Translations under genes and position numbers: made by a program | Notes under the pieces: generated by a model | Told to the model about the DNA's origin: nothing | The model's database searches: none | The model's input: only the letters and a program-made list of their open reading frames with translations | NCBI GenBank assembly: GCA_964057225.1 | Contig: OZ059894.1 | Location: 18,166,001 to 18,230,000 of the forward strand | DNA: 64,000 nt | Direction of reading: 5' to 3' | Origin: Auanema rhodensis | Taxonomy: Eukaryota; Animalia; Nematoda | Shown here: piece after piece, positions 36,801-51,490 of the stretch | Numbering within the stretch: the first letter of the stretch is position 1 | Layout of the letters: every line of letters starts with the position of its first letter

Positions 36801-39800
36801 TAATTAGCATAAATTAAAGTTCAAGTAAATTTTAAAGTCATGGTTACCATGCACCAATATCCATAAAAATTTGTTTTTAGACTAATATGGACATGGGGAA
36901 TCTAATTTTGAAAACCGCATCTCTTTATCTTCAACGGGAAACGAGTTACATATCATGTGTACATCACGTGTACATTTAATTAGCATAAATTAAAGTTCAC
37001 GTAAATTTCAAAGTCATGGTTACCATGCACCAATATCCATAAAAATTTGTTTTTAGACTAATATGGACATGGGGAATCTAATTTTGAAAACCGCATCTCT
37101 TTATCTTCAACGGGAAACGAGTTACATATCATGTGCACATCACGTGTACATTTAATTAGCATAAATTAAAGTTCAAGTAAATTTTAAAGTCATGGTTACC
37201 ATGCACCAATATCCATAAAAATTTGTTTTTAGACTAATATGGACATGGGGAATCTAATTTTGAAAACCGCATCTCTTTATCTTCAACGGGAAACGAGTTA
37301 CATATCATGTGCACATCACGTGTACATTTAATTAGCATAAATTAAAGTTCAAGTAAATTTTAAAGTCATGGTTACCATGCACCAATATCCATAAAAATTT
37401 GTTTTTAGACTAATATGGACATGGGGAATCTAATTATGAAAACCGCATCTCTTTATCTTTCACGGAAAGAGAGTTACATATCATGTGCACATCACGTGTA
37501 CATTTAATTAGCATAAATTAAAGTTCACGTAAATTTAAAAGTCATGGTTACCATGCACCTATATCAATAAAAATTTGTTTTCAGTCTAATATGGAAATGG
37601 AGAAACTAATTTTGAAAACCGCATCTCTTTATCTTTTACGGGAAGCGAGTTACATACCAAGTGCACATCACGTGTACATTTAATTAGCATAAATTAAAGT
37701 TCACGTAAATTTCAAAGTCATGGTTACCTTGCACCAGTATCAATGAAAATTTGTTTTCGGACTAATATGGCCATGGGGAATCTAATTTTGAAAACCGCAT
37801 CTCTTTATCTTTTACGGAAAGCGAGTTACATACCATGTGCACATCACGTGTACATTTAATTAGCATAAATTAAAGTTCACGTAAATTTCAAAGTCATGGT
37901 TACCATGCACCAGTATAAATGAAAATTTGTTTTTGGACTAATATGGCCATAGGGAATCTAATTTTGAAAACCCCATCTCTTTATCTTTTACGGAAAGCGA
38001 GTTACATATCATGTGCACATCACGTGTACATTTAATTAGCATAAATTAAATTTCACGTAAATTTAAAAGTCATGGTTACCATGCACCTATATCAATAAAA
38101 ATTTGTTTTCAGTCTAATATGGAAATGGAGAATCTAATTTTGAAAACCGCATCTCTTTATCTTTTACGGGAAGCGAGTTACATACCAAGTGCACATCACG
38201 TGTACATTTAATTAGCATAAATTAAAGTTCACGTAAATTTCAAAGTCATGGTTACCTTGCACCAGTATCAATAAAAATTTGTTTTTAGTTTAAAATGGCC
38301 ACGGGGAATCTAATTATGAAAACCGCATCTCTTTATTTTTCACGGAAAGAGAGTTACATATCATGTGCACATCACGTGTACATTTAATTAGCATAAATTA
38401 AAGTTCACGTAAATTTAAAAGTCATGGTTACCATGCACCAGTATCAATGAAAATTTGTTTTTGGACTAATATGGCCATAGGGAATCTAATTTTGAAAACG
38501 GCATCTCTTCATTTTTGAGTTACATACCATGTGTACATCACGTGTACATTAAATTAGTATAAATTAAAGTTCACGTAAATTTCAAAGTCATGGTTACCAT
38601 GCACCTATATCAATAAAAATTTGTTTTTGGACTAATATGGCCATAGGGAATCTAATTTTGAAAACGGCATCTCTTCATCTTTGAGTTACATACCATGTGT
38701 ACATCACGTGTACATTTAATTAGCATAAATTAAAGTTCACGTAAATTTCAAAGTCATGGTTACCATGCACCTATATCAATAAAATTTTGTTTTTGGACTA
38801 ATATGGCCATAGGGAATCTAATTTTGAAAACGGCATCTCTTCATCTTTGAGTTACATACCATGTGTACATCACGTGTACATTTAATTAGCATAAATTAAA
38901 GTTCACGTAAATTTCAAAGTCATGGTTACCATGCACCAGTATCAATGAAAATTTGTTTTTGGACTAATATGGCCATAGGGAATCTAATTTTGAAAACGGC
39001 ATCTCTTCATCTTTGAGTTACATACCATGTGTACATCACGTGTACATTTAATTAGCATAAATTAAAGTTCACGTAAATTTCAAAGTCATGGTTACCTTGC
39101 ACCAGTATCAATGAAAATTTGTTTTTGGACTAATATGGCCATAGGGAATCTAATTTTGAAAACGGCATCTCTTCATCTTTGAGTTACATACCATGTGCAC
39201 ATCACGTGTACATTTAATTAGCATAAATTAAAGTTCACGTAAATTTCAAAGTCATGGTTACCATGCAGCAGTATCAATGAAAATTTGTTTTTGGACTAAT
39301 ATGGCCATAGGGAATCTAATTTTCAAAACCCCATCTCTTTATCTTTTACGGAAAGCGAGTTACATACCACGTGCCCATCACGTGTACATTTAATTAGCAT
39401 AAATTAAAGTTCACGTAAATTTCAAAGTCATGGTTACCTTGCACCAGTATCAATGAAAATTTGTTTTCGGACTAATATGGCCATGGGGAATCTAATTTTG
39501 AAAACCGCATCTCTTTATCTTTTACGGAAAGCGAGTTACATACCATGTGCACATCACGTGTACATTTAATTAGCATAAATTAAAGTTCACGTAAATTTCA
39601 AAGTCATGGTTACCATGCACCAGTATAAATGAAAATTTGTTTTTGGACTAATATGGCCATAGGGAATCTAATTTTGAAAACCCCATCTCTTTATCTTTTA
39701 CGGAAAGCGAGTTACATATCATGTGCACATCACGTGTACATTTAATTAGCATAAATTAAAGTTCAAGTAAATTTTAAAGTCATGGTTACCATGCACCAAT

Positions 39801-42800
39801 ATCCATAAAAATTTGTTTTTAGACTAATATGGACATGGGGAATCTAATTTTGAAAACCGCATCTCGTTATCGTTAACGGGAAACGAGTTACATATCATGT
39901 GTACATCACGTGTACATTTAATTAGCATAAATTAAAGTTCACGTAAATTTCAAAGTCATGGTTACCATGCACCAGTATCAATGAAAATTTGTTTTTGGAC
40001 TAATATGGCCATAGGGAATCTAATTTTGAAAACGGCATCTCTTCATCTTTGAGTTACATACCATGTGTACATCACGTGTACATTAAATTAGCATAAATTA
40101 AAGTTCACGTAAATTTCAAAGTCATGGTTACCAAGCACCTATATCAATAAAAATTTGTTTTTAGTCTAAAATGGCCACGGGGAATCTAATTATGAAAACC
40201 GCATCTCTTTATCTTTCACGGAAAGAGAGTTACATATCATGTGCACATCACGTGTACATTTAATTAGCATAAATTAAAGTTCACGTAAATTTAAAAGTCA
40301 TGGTTACCATGCACCTATATCAATAAAAATTTGTTTTCAGTCTAATATGGAAATGGGGAATCTAATTTTGAAAACCGCATCTCTTTATCTTTTACGGGAA
40401 GCGAGTTACATACCATGTGCACATCACGTGTACATTTAATTAGCATAAATTAAAGTTCACGTAAATTTCAAAGTCATGGTTACCATGCACCAGTATCAAT
40501 GAAAATTTGTTTTTGGACTAATATGGCCATAGGGAATCTAATTTTGAAAACGGCATCTCTTCATCTTTGAGTTACATACCATGTGTACATCACGTGTACA
40601 TTAAATTAGCATAAATTAAAGTTCACGTAAATTTCAAAGTCATGGTTACCAAGCACCTATATCAATAAAAATTTGTTTTCAGTCTAAAATGGCCACGGGG
40701 AATCTAATTATGAAAACCGCATCTCTTTATCTTTCACGGAAAAAGAGTTACATATCATGTGCACATCACGTGTACATTTAATTAGCATAAATTAAAGTTC
40801 ACGTAAATTTAAAAGTCATGGTTACCATGCACCTATATCAATAAAAATTTGTTTTCAGTCTAATATGGAAATGGGGAATCTAATTTTGAAAACCGCATCT
40901 CTTTATCTTTTACGGGAAGCGAGTTACATACCATGTGCACATCACGTGTACATTTAATTAGCATAAATTAAAGTTCACGTAAATTTCAAAGTCATGGTTA
41001 CCATGCACCAGTATCAATGAAAATTTGTTTTTGGACTAATATGGCCATAGGGAATCTAATTTTGAAAACCCCATCTCTTCATCTTTTACGGAAAGCGAGT
41101 TACATATCATGTGCACATCACGTGTACATTTAATTAGCATAAATTAAAGTTCACGTAAATTTCAAAGTCATGGTTACCATGCACCAGTATAAATGAAAAT
41201 TTGTTTTTGGACTAATATGGCCATAGGGAATCTAATTTTGAAAACCCCATCTCTTTATCTTTTACGGAAAGCGAGTTACATATCATGTGCACATCACGTG
41301 TACATTTAATTAGCATAAATTAAAGTTCAAGTAAATTTTAAAGTCATGGTTACCATGCACCAGTATCAATGAAAATTTGTTTTTGGACTAATATGGACAT
41401 GGGGAATCTAATTTTGAAAACCGCATCTCTTTATCTTTAACGGGAAACGAGTTACATATCATGTGTACATCACGTGTACATTTAATTAGCATAAATTAAA
41501 GTTCACGTAAATTTCAAAGTCATGGTTACCATGCACCAGTATCAATGAAAATTTGTTTTTGGACTAATATGGACATGGGGAATCTAATTTTGAAAACCGC
41601 ATCTCTTTATCTTTGAGTTACATACCATGTGTACATCACGTGTACATTAAATTAGCATAAATTAAAGTTCACGTAAATTTCAAAGTCATGGTTACCATGC
41701 ACCTGTATCAATAAAAATTTGTTTTTAGTCTAAAATGGCCACGGGGAATCTAATTATGAAAACCGCATCTCTTTATCTTTCATGGAAAGAGAGTTACATA
41801 TCATGTGCACATCACGTGTACATTTAATTAGCATAAATTAAAGTTCACGTAAATTTAAAAGTCATGGTTACCATGCACCAGTATCAATGAAAATTTGTTT
41901 TTGGACTAATATGGCCATAGGGAATCTAATTTTGAAAACGGCATCTCTTCATCTTTGAGTTACATACCATGTGTACATCACGTGTACATTAAATTAGCAT
42001 AAATTAAAGTTCACGTAAATTTCAAAGTCATGGTTACCAAGCACCTATATCAATAAAAATTTGTTTTCAGTCTAAAATGGCCACGGGGAATCTAATTATG
42101 AAAACCGCATCTCTTTATCTTTCACGGAAAGAGAGTTACATATCATGTGCACATCACGTGTACATTTAATTAGCATAAATTAAAGTTCACGTAAATTTGA
42201 AAGTCATGGTTACCATGCACCTATATCAATAAAAATTCGTTTTCAGTCTAATATGGCCATGGGGAATCTAATTTTGAAAACGGCATCTCTTCATCTTTGA
42301 GTTACATACCATGTGTACATCACGTGTACATTTAATTAGCATAAATTAAAGTTCACGTAAATTTCAAAGTCATGGTTACCTTGCACCAGTATCAATGAAA
42401 ATTTGTTTTTGGACTAATATGGCCATAGGGAATCTAATTTTGAAAACGGCATCTCTTCATCTTTGAGTTACATACCATGTGCACATCACGTGTACATTTA
42501 ATTAGCATAAATTAAAGTTCACGTAAATTTCAAAGTCATGGTTACCATGCACCAGTATCAATGAAAATTTGTTTTTGGACTAATATGGCCATAGGGAATC
42601 TAATTTTCAAAACCCCATCTCTTTATCTTTTACGGGAAGCGAGTTACATACCATGTGCACATCACGTGTACATTTAATTAGCATAAATTAAAGTTCACGT
42701 AAATTTCAAAGTCATGGTTACCATGCACCAGTATCAATGAAAATTTGTTTTTGGACTAATATGGCCATAGGGAATCTAATTTTGAAAACGGCATCTCTTC

Positions 42801-45800
42801 ATCTTTGAGTTACATACCATGTGTACATCACGTGTACATTAAATTAGCATAAATTAAAGTTCACGTTAATTTCAAAGTCATGGTTACCAAGCACCTATAT
42901 CAATAAAAATTTGTTTTCAGTCTAAAATGGCCACGGGGAATCTAATTATGAAAACCGCATTTCTTTATCTTTGACGGAAAGAGAGTTACATATCATGTGC
43001 ACATCACGTGTACATTTAATTAGCATAAATTAAAGTTCACGTAAATTTAAAAGTCATGGTTACCATGCACCTATATCAATAAAAATTTGTTTTCAGTCTA
43101 ATATGGAAATGGGGAATCTAATTTTGAAAACCCCATCTCTTTATCTTTTACGGAAAGCGAGTTACATATCATGTGCACATCACGTGTACATTTAATTAGC
43201 ATAAATTAAAGTTCACGTAAATTTAAAAGTCATGGTTACCATGCACCTATATCAATAAAAATTTGTTTTCAGTCTAATATGGAAATGGGGAATCTAATTT
43301 TGAAAACCGCATCTCTTTATCTTTTACGGGAAGCGAGTTACATACCATGTGCACATCACGTGTACATTTAATTAGCATAAATTAAAGTTCAAGTAAATTT
43401 TAAAGTCATGGTTACCATGCACCAATATCCATAAAAATTTGTTTTTAGACTAATATGGACATGGGGAATCTAATTTAGAAAACCGCATCTCTTTATCTTT
43501 AACGGGAAACGAGTTACATATCATGTGTACATCACGTGTACATTCAATTAGCATAAATTAAAGTTCACGTAAATTTCAAAGTCATGGTTACCATGCACCA
43601 GTATCAATGAAAATTTGTTTTTGGACTAATATGGACATGGGGAATCTAATTTTGAAAACCGCATCTCTTTATCTTTTACGGGAAGCGAGTTACATACCAA
43701 GTGCACATCACGTGTACATTTAATTAGCATAAATTAAAGTTCACGTAAATTTCAAAGTCATGGTTACCATGCACCAGTATCAATGAAAATTTGTTTTTGG
43801 ACTAATATGGCCATAGGGAATCTAATTTTGAAAACGGCATCTCTTCATCTTTGAGTTACATACCATGTGTACATCACGTGTACATTAAATTAGCATAAAT
43901 TAAAGTTCACGTAAATTTCAAAGTCATGGTTACCATGCACCTGTATCAATAAAAATTTGTTTTTAGTCTAAAATGGCCACGGGGAATCTAATTATGAAAA
44001 CCGCATCTCTTTATCTTTCACGGAAAGAGAGTTACATATCATGTGCACATCACGTGTACATTTAATTAGCATAAATTAAAGTTCACGTAAATTTAAAAGT
44101 CATGGTTACCATGCACCAGTATCAATGAAAATTTGTTTTTGGACTAATATGGCCATAGGGAATCTAATTTTGAAAACGGCATCTCTTCATCTTTGAGTTA
44201 CATACCATGTGTACATCACGTGTACATTAAATTAGCATAAATTAAAGTTCACGTAAATTTCAAAGTCATGGTTACCAAGCACCTATATCAATAAAAATTT
44301 GTTTTCAGTCTAAAATGGCCACGGGGAATCTAATTATGAAAACCGCATTTCTTTATCTTTCACGGAAAGAGAGTTACATATCATGTGCACATCACGTGTA
44401 CATTTAATTAGCATAAATTAAAGTTCACGTAAATTTAAAAGTCATGGTTACCATGCACCTATATCAATAAAAATTCGTTTTCAGTCTAATATGGCCATGG
44501 GGAATCTAATTTTGAAAACGGCATCTCTTCATCTTTGAGTTACATACCATGTGTACATCACGTGTACATTTAATTAGCATAAATTAAAGTTCACGTAAAT
44601 TTCAAAGTCATGGTTACCTTGCACCAGTATCAATGAAAATTTGTTTTTGGACTAATATGGCCATAGGGAATCTAATTTTGAAAACGGCATCTCTTCATCT
44701 TTGAGTTACATACCATGTGCACATCACGTGTACATTTAATTAGCATAAATTAAAGTTCACGTAAGTTTCAAAGTCATGGTTACCTTGCACCAGTATCAAT
44801 AAAAATTTGTTTTTAGTCTAAAATGGCCACGGGGAATCTAATTATGAAAACCGCATCTCTTTATCTTTCACGGAAAGAGAGTTACATATCATGTGCACAT
44901 CACGTGTACATTTAATTAGCATAAATTAAAGTTCACGTAAATTTCAAAGTCATGGTTACCATGCACCAGTATAAATGAAAATTTGTTTTTGGACTAATAT
45001 GGCCATAGGGAATCTAATTTTGAAAACCCCATCTCTTTATCTTTTACGGAAAGCGAGTTACATATCATGTGCACATCACGTGTACATTTAATTAGCATAA
45101 ATTAAAGTTCACGTAAATTTCAAAGTCATGGTTACCATGCACCAGTATAAATGAAAATTTGTTTTTGGACTAATATGGCCATAGGGAATCTAATTTTGAA
45201 AACCCCATCTCTTTATCTTTTACGGAAAGCGAGTTACATATCATGTGCACATCACGTGTACATTTAATTAGCATAAATTAAAGTTCAAGTAAATTTTAAA
45301 GTCATGGTTACCATGCACCAATATCCATAAAAATTTGTTTTTAGACTAATATGGACATGGGGAATCTAATTTTGAAAACCGCATCTCTTTATCTTTAACG
45401 GGGAACGAGTTACATATCATGTGTACATCACGTGTACATTTAATTAGCATAAATTAAAGTTCACGTAAATTTCAAAGTCATGGTTACCATGCACCAGTAT
45501 CAATGAAAATTTGTTTTTGGACTAATATGGACATGGGGAATCTAATTTTGAAAACCGCATCTCTTTATCTTTTACGGGAAGCGAGTTACATACCAAGTGC
45601 ACATCACGTGTACATTTAATTAGCATAAATTAAAGTTCACGTAAATTTCAAAGTCATGGTTACCATGCACCAGTATCAATGAAAATTTGTTTTTGGACTA
45701 ATATGGCCATAGGGAATCTAATTTTGAAAACGGCATCTCTTCATCTTTGAGTTACATACCATGTGTACATCACGTGTACATTGAATTAGCATAAATTAAA

Positions 45801-48800
45801 GTTCACGTAAATTTCAAAGTCATGGTTACCATGCACCTGTATCAATAAAAATTTGTTTTTAGTCTAAAATGGCCACGGGGAATCTAATTATGAAAACCGC
45901 ATCTCTTTATCTTTCACGGAAAGAGAGTTACATATCATGTGCACATCACGTGTACATTTAATTAGCATAAATTAAAGTTCACGTAAATTTCAAAGTCATG
46001 GTTACCATGCACCTATATCAATAAAAATTTGTTTTCAGTCTAATATGGAAATGGAGAATCTAATTTTGAAAACCGCATCTCTTTATCTTTTACGGGAAGC
46101 GAGTTACATACCAAGTGCACATCACGTGTACATTTAATTAGCATAAATTAAAGTTCACGTAAATTTCAAAGTCATGGTTACCTTGCACCAGTATCAATGA
46201 AAATTTGTTTTCGGACTAATATGGCCATGGGGAATCTAATTTTGAAAACCGCATCTCTTTATCTTTTACGGAAAGCGAGTTACATACCATGTGCACATCA
46301 CGTGTACATTTAATTAGCATAAATTAAAGTTCACGTAAATTTCAAAGTCATGGTTACCATGCACCAGTATAAATGAAAATTTGTTTTTGGACTAATATGG
46401 CCATAGGGAATCTAATTTTGAAAACCCCATCTCTTTATCTTTTACGGAAAGCGAGTTACATATCATGTGCACATCACGTGTACATTTAATTAGCATAAAT
46501 TAAAGTTCACGTAAATTTAAAAGTCATGGTTACCATGCACCTATATCAATAAAAATTTGTTTTCAGTCTAATATGGAAATGGAGAATCTAATTTTGAAAA
46601 CCGCATCTCTTTATCTTTTACGGGAAGCGAGTTACATACCAAGTGCACATCACGTGTACATTTAATTAGCATAAATTAAAGTTCACGTAAGTTTCAAAGT
46701 CATGGTTACCTTGCACCAGTATCAATAAAAATTTGTTTTTAGTCTAAAATGGCCACGGGGAATCTAATTATGAAAACCGCATCTCTTTATCTTTCACGGA
46801 AAGAGAGTTACATATCATGTGCACATCACGTGTACATTTAATTAGCATAAATTAAAGTTCACGTAAATTTCAAAGTCATGGTTACCATGCACCAGTATAA
46901 ATGAAAATTTGTTTTTGGACTAATATGGCCATAGGGAATCTAATTTTGAAAACCCCATCTCTTTATCTTTTACGGAAAGCGAGTTACATATCATGTGCAC
47001 ATCACGTGTACATTTAATTAGCATAAATTAAAGTTCAAGTAAATTTTAAAGTCATGGTTACCATGCACCAATATCCATAAAAATTTGTTTTTAGACTAAT
47101 ATGGACATGGGGAATCTAATTTTGAAAACCGCATCTCTTTATCTTTAACGGGGAACGAGTTACATATCATGTGTACATCACGTGTACATTTAATTAGCAT
47201 AAATTAAAGTTCACGTAAATTTCAAAGTCATGGTTACCATGCACCAGTATCAATGAAAATTTGTTTTTGGACTAATATGGACATGGGGAATCTAAATTTG
47301 AAAACCGCATCTCTTTATCTTTTACGGGAAGCGAGTTACATACCAAGTGCACATCACGTGTACATTTAATTAGCATAAATTAAAGTTCACGTAAATTTCA
47401 AAGTCATGGTTACCATGCACCAGTATCAATGAAAATTTGTTTTTGGACTAATATGGCCATAGGGAATCTAATTTTGAAAACGGCATCTCTTCATCTTTGA
47501 GTTACATACCATGTGTACATCACGTGTACATTGAATTAGCATAAATTAAAGTTCACGTAAATTTCAAAGTCATGGTTACCATGCACCTGTATCAATAAAA
47601 ATTTGTTTTTAGTCTAAAATGGCCACGGGGAATCTAATTATGAAAACCGCATCTCGTTATCTTTCACGGAAAGAGAGTTACATATCATGTGCACATCACG
47701 TGTACATTTAATTAGCATAAATTAAAGTTCACGTAAATTTCAAAGTCATGGTTACCATGCACCTATATCAATAAAAATTTGTTTTCAGTCTAATATGGAA
47801 ATGGAGAATCTAATTTTGAAAACCGCATCTCTTTATCTTTTACGGGAAGCGAGTTACATACCAAGTGCACATCACGTGTACATTTAATTAGCATAAATTA
47901 AAGTTCACGTAAATTTCAAAGTCATGGTTACCATGCACCAGTATAAATGAAAATTTGTTTTTGGACTAATATGGCCATAGGGAATCTAATTTTGAAAACC
48001 CCATCTCTTTATCTTTTACGGAAAGCGAGTTACATATCATGTGCACATCACGTGTACATTTAATTAGCATAAATTAAAGTTCACGTAAATTTCAAAGTCA
48101 TGGTTACCATGCACCAGTATAAATGAAAATTTGTTTTTGGACTAATATGGCCATAGGGAATCTAATTTTGAAAACCCCATCTCTTTATCTTTTACGGAAA
48201 GCGAGTTACATATCATGTGCACATCACGTGTACATTTAATTAGCATAAATTAAAGTTCAAGTAAATTTTAAAGTCATGGTTACCATGCACCAATATCCAT
48301 AAAAATTTGTTTTTAGACTAATATGGACATGGGGAATCTAATTTTGAAAACCGCATCTCTTTATCTTTAACAGGAAACGAGTTACATATCATGTGTACAT
48401 CACGTGTACATTTAATTAGCATAAATTAAAGTTCACGTAAATTTCAAAGTCATGGTTACCATGCACCAGTATCAATGAAAATTTGTTTTTGGACTAATAT
48501 GGACATGGGGAATCTAATTTTGAAAACCGCATCTCTTTATCTTTTACGGGAAGCGAGTTACATACCAAGTGCACATCACGTGTACATTTAATTAGCATAA
48601 ATTAAAGTTCACGTAAATTTCAAAGTCATGGTTACCATGCACCAGTATCAATGAAAATTTGTTTTTGGACTAATATGGCCATAGGGAATCTAATTTTGAA
48701 AACGGCATCTCTTCATCTTTGAGTTACATACCATGTGTACATCACGTGTACATTGAATTAGCATAAATTAAAGTTCACGTAAATTTCAAAGTCATGGTTA

Positions 48801-49249
48801 CCATGCACCTGTATTAATAAAAATTTGTTTTTAGTCTAAAATGGCCACGGGGAATCTAATTATGAAAACCGCATCTCTTTATCTTTCACGGAAAGAGAGT
48901 TACATATCATGTGCACATCACGTGTACATTTAATTAGCATAAATTAAAGTTCACGTAAATTTCAAAGTCATGGTTACCATGCACCTATATCAATAAAAAT
49001 TTGTTTTCAGTCTAATATGGAAATGGAGAATCTAATTTTGAAAACCGCATCTCTTTATCTTTTACGGGAAGCGAGTTACATACCAAGTGCACATCACGTG
49101 TACATTTAATTAGCATAAATTAAAGTTCACGTGAATTTCAAAGTCATGGTTACCTTGCACCAGTATCAATGAAAATTTGTTTTCGGACTAATATGGCCAT
49201 GGGGAATCTAATTTTGAAAACCGCATCTCTTTATCTTTTACGGAAAGCG

Positions 49250-51490
49250 AGTTACATACCATGTGCACATCACGTGTACATTTAATTAGCATAAATTAAA
49301 GTTCACGTAAATTTCAAAGTCATGGTTACCATGCACCAGTATCAATGAAAATTTGTTTTTGGACTAATATGGCCATAGGGAATCTAATTTTGAAAACAGC
49401 ATCTCTTCATCTTTGAGTTACATACCATGTGTACATCACGTGTACATTGAATTAGCATAAATTAAAGTTCACGTAAATTTCAAAGTCATGGTTACCTTGC
49501 ACCAGTATCAATGAAAATTTGTTTTCGGACTAATATGGCCATGGGGAATCTAATTTTGAAAACCGCATCTCTTTATCTTTTACGGAAAGCGAGTTACATA
49601 CCATGTGCACATCACGTGTACATTTAATTAGCATAAATTAAAGTTCACGTAAATTTCAAAGTCATGGTTACCATGCACCAGTATCAATGAAAATTTGTTT
49701 TTGGACTAATATGGCCATAGGGAATCTAATTTTGAAAACGGCATCTCTTCATCTTTGAGTTACATACCATGTGTACATCACGTGTACATTGAATTAGCAT
49801 AAATTAAAGTTCACGTAAATTTCAAAGTCATGGTTACCATGCACCTGTATCAATAAAAATTTGTTTTTAGTCTAAAATGGCCACGGGGAATCTAATTATG
49901 AAAACCGCATCTCTTTATCTTTCACGGAAAGAGAGTTACATATCATGTGCACATCACGTGTACATTTAATTAGCATAAATTAAAGTTCACGTAAATTTCA
50001 AAGTCATGGTTACCATGCACCTATATCAATCAAAATTTGTTTTCAGTCTAATATGGAAATGGAGAATCTAATTTTGAAAACCGCATCTCTTTATCTTTTA
50101 CGGGAAGCGAGTTACATACCAAGTGCACATCACGTGTACATTTAATTAGCATAAATTAAAGTTCACGTAAATTTCAAAGTCATGGTTACCTTGCACCAGT
50201 ATCAATGAAAATTTGTTTTCGGACTAATATGGCCATGGGGAATCTAATTTTGAAAACCGCATCTCTTTATCTTTTACGGAAAGCGAGTTACATACCATGT
50301 GCACATCACGTGTACATTTAATTAGCATAAATTAAAGTTCACGTAAATTTCAAAGTCATGGTTACCATGCACCAGTATCAATGAAAATTTGTTTTTGGAC
50401 TAATATGGCCATAGGGAATCTAATTTTGAAAACGGCATCTCTTCATCTTTGAGTTACATACCATGTGTACATCACGTGTACATTGAATTAGCATAAATTA
50501 AAGTTCACGTAAATTTCAAAGTCATGGTTACCTTGCACCAGTATCAATGAAAATTTGTTTTCGGACTAATATGGCCATGGGGAATCTAATTTTGAAAACC
50601 GCATCTCTTTATCTTTTACGGAAAGCGAGTTACATACCATGTGCACATCACGTGTACATTTAATTAGCATAAATTAAAGTTCACGTAAATTTCAAAGTCA
50701 TGGTTACCATGCACCAGTATCAATGAAAATTTGTTTTTGGACTAATATGGCCATAGGGAATCTAATTTTGAAAACGGCATCTCTTCATCTTTGAGTTACA
50801 TACCATGTGTACATCACGTGTACATTGAATTAGCATAAATTAAAGTTCACGTAAATTTCAAAGTCATGGTTACCATGCACCTGTATCAATAAAAATTTGT
50901 TTTTAGTCTAAAATGGCCACGGGGAATCTAATTATGAAAACCGCATCTCTTTATCTTTCACGGAAAGAGAGTTACATATCATGTGCACATCACGTGTACA
51001 TTTAATTAGCATAAATTAAAGTTCACGTAAATTTCAAAGTCATGGTTACCATGCACCTATATCAATCAAAATTTGTTTTCAGTCTAATATGGAAATGGAG
51101 AATCTAATTTTGAAAACCGCATCTCTTTATCTTTTACGGGAAGCGAGTTACATACCAAGTGCACATCACGTGTACATTTAATTAGCATAAATTAAAGTTC
51201 ACGTAAATTTCAAAGTCATGGTTACCTTGCACCAGTATCAATGAAAATTTGTTTTCGGACTAATATGGCCATGGGGAATCTAATTTTGAAAACCGCATCT
51301 CTTTATCTTTTACGGAAAGCGAGTTACATACCATGTGCACATCACGTGTACATTTAATTAGCATAAATTAAAGTTCACGTAAATTTCAAAGTCATGGTTA
51401 CCATGCACCAGTATCAATGAAAATTTGTTTTTGGACTAATATGGCCATAGGGAATCTAATTTTGAAAACGGCATCTCTTCATCTTTGAGT
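49250..51490 (+). repeat. 6-mer HOR (1036 bp), about 2 copies
   Basis: CAATCAAAA at 50031/51067 and CATTGAATT at 49449/50485 and 49791/50827 are all 1036 apart (4x176+2x166). Boundaries are approximate. Confidence 0.8.
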
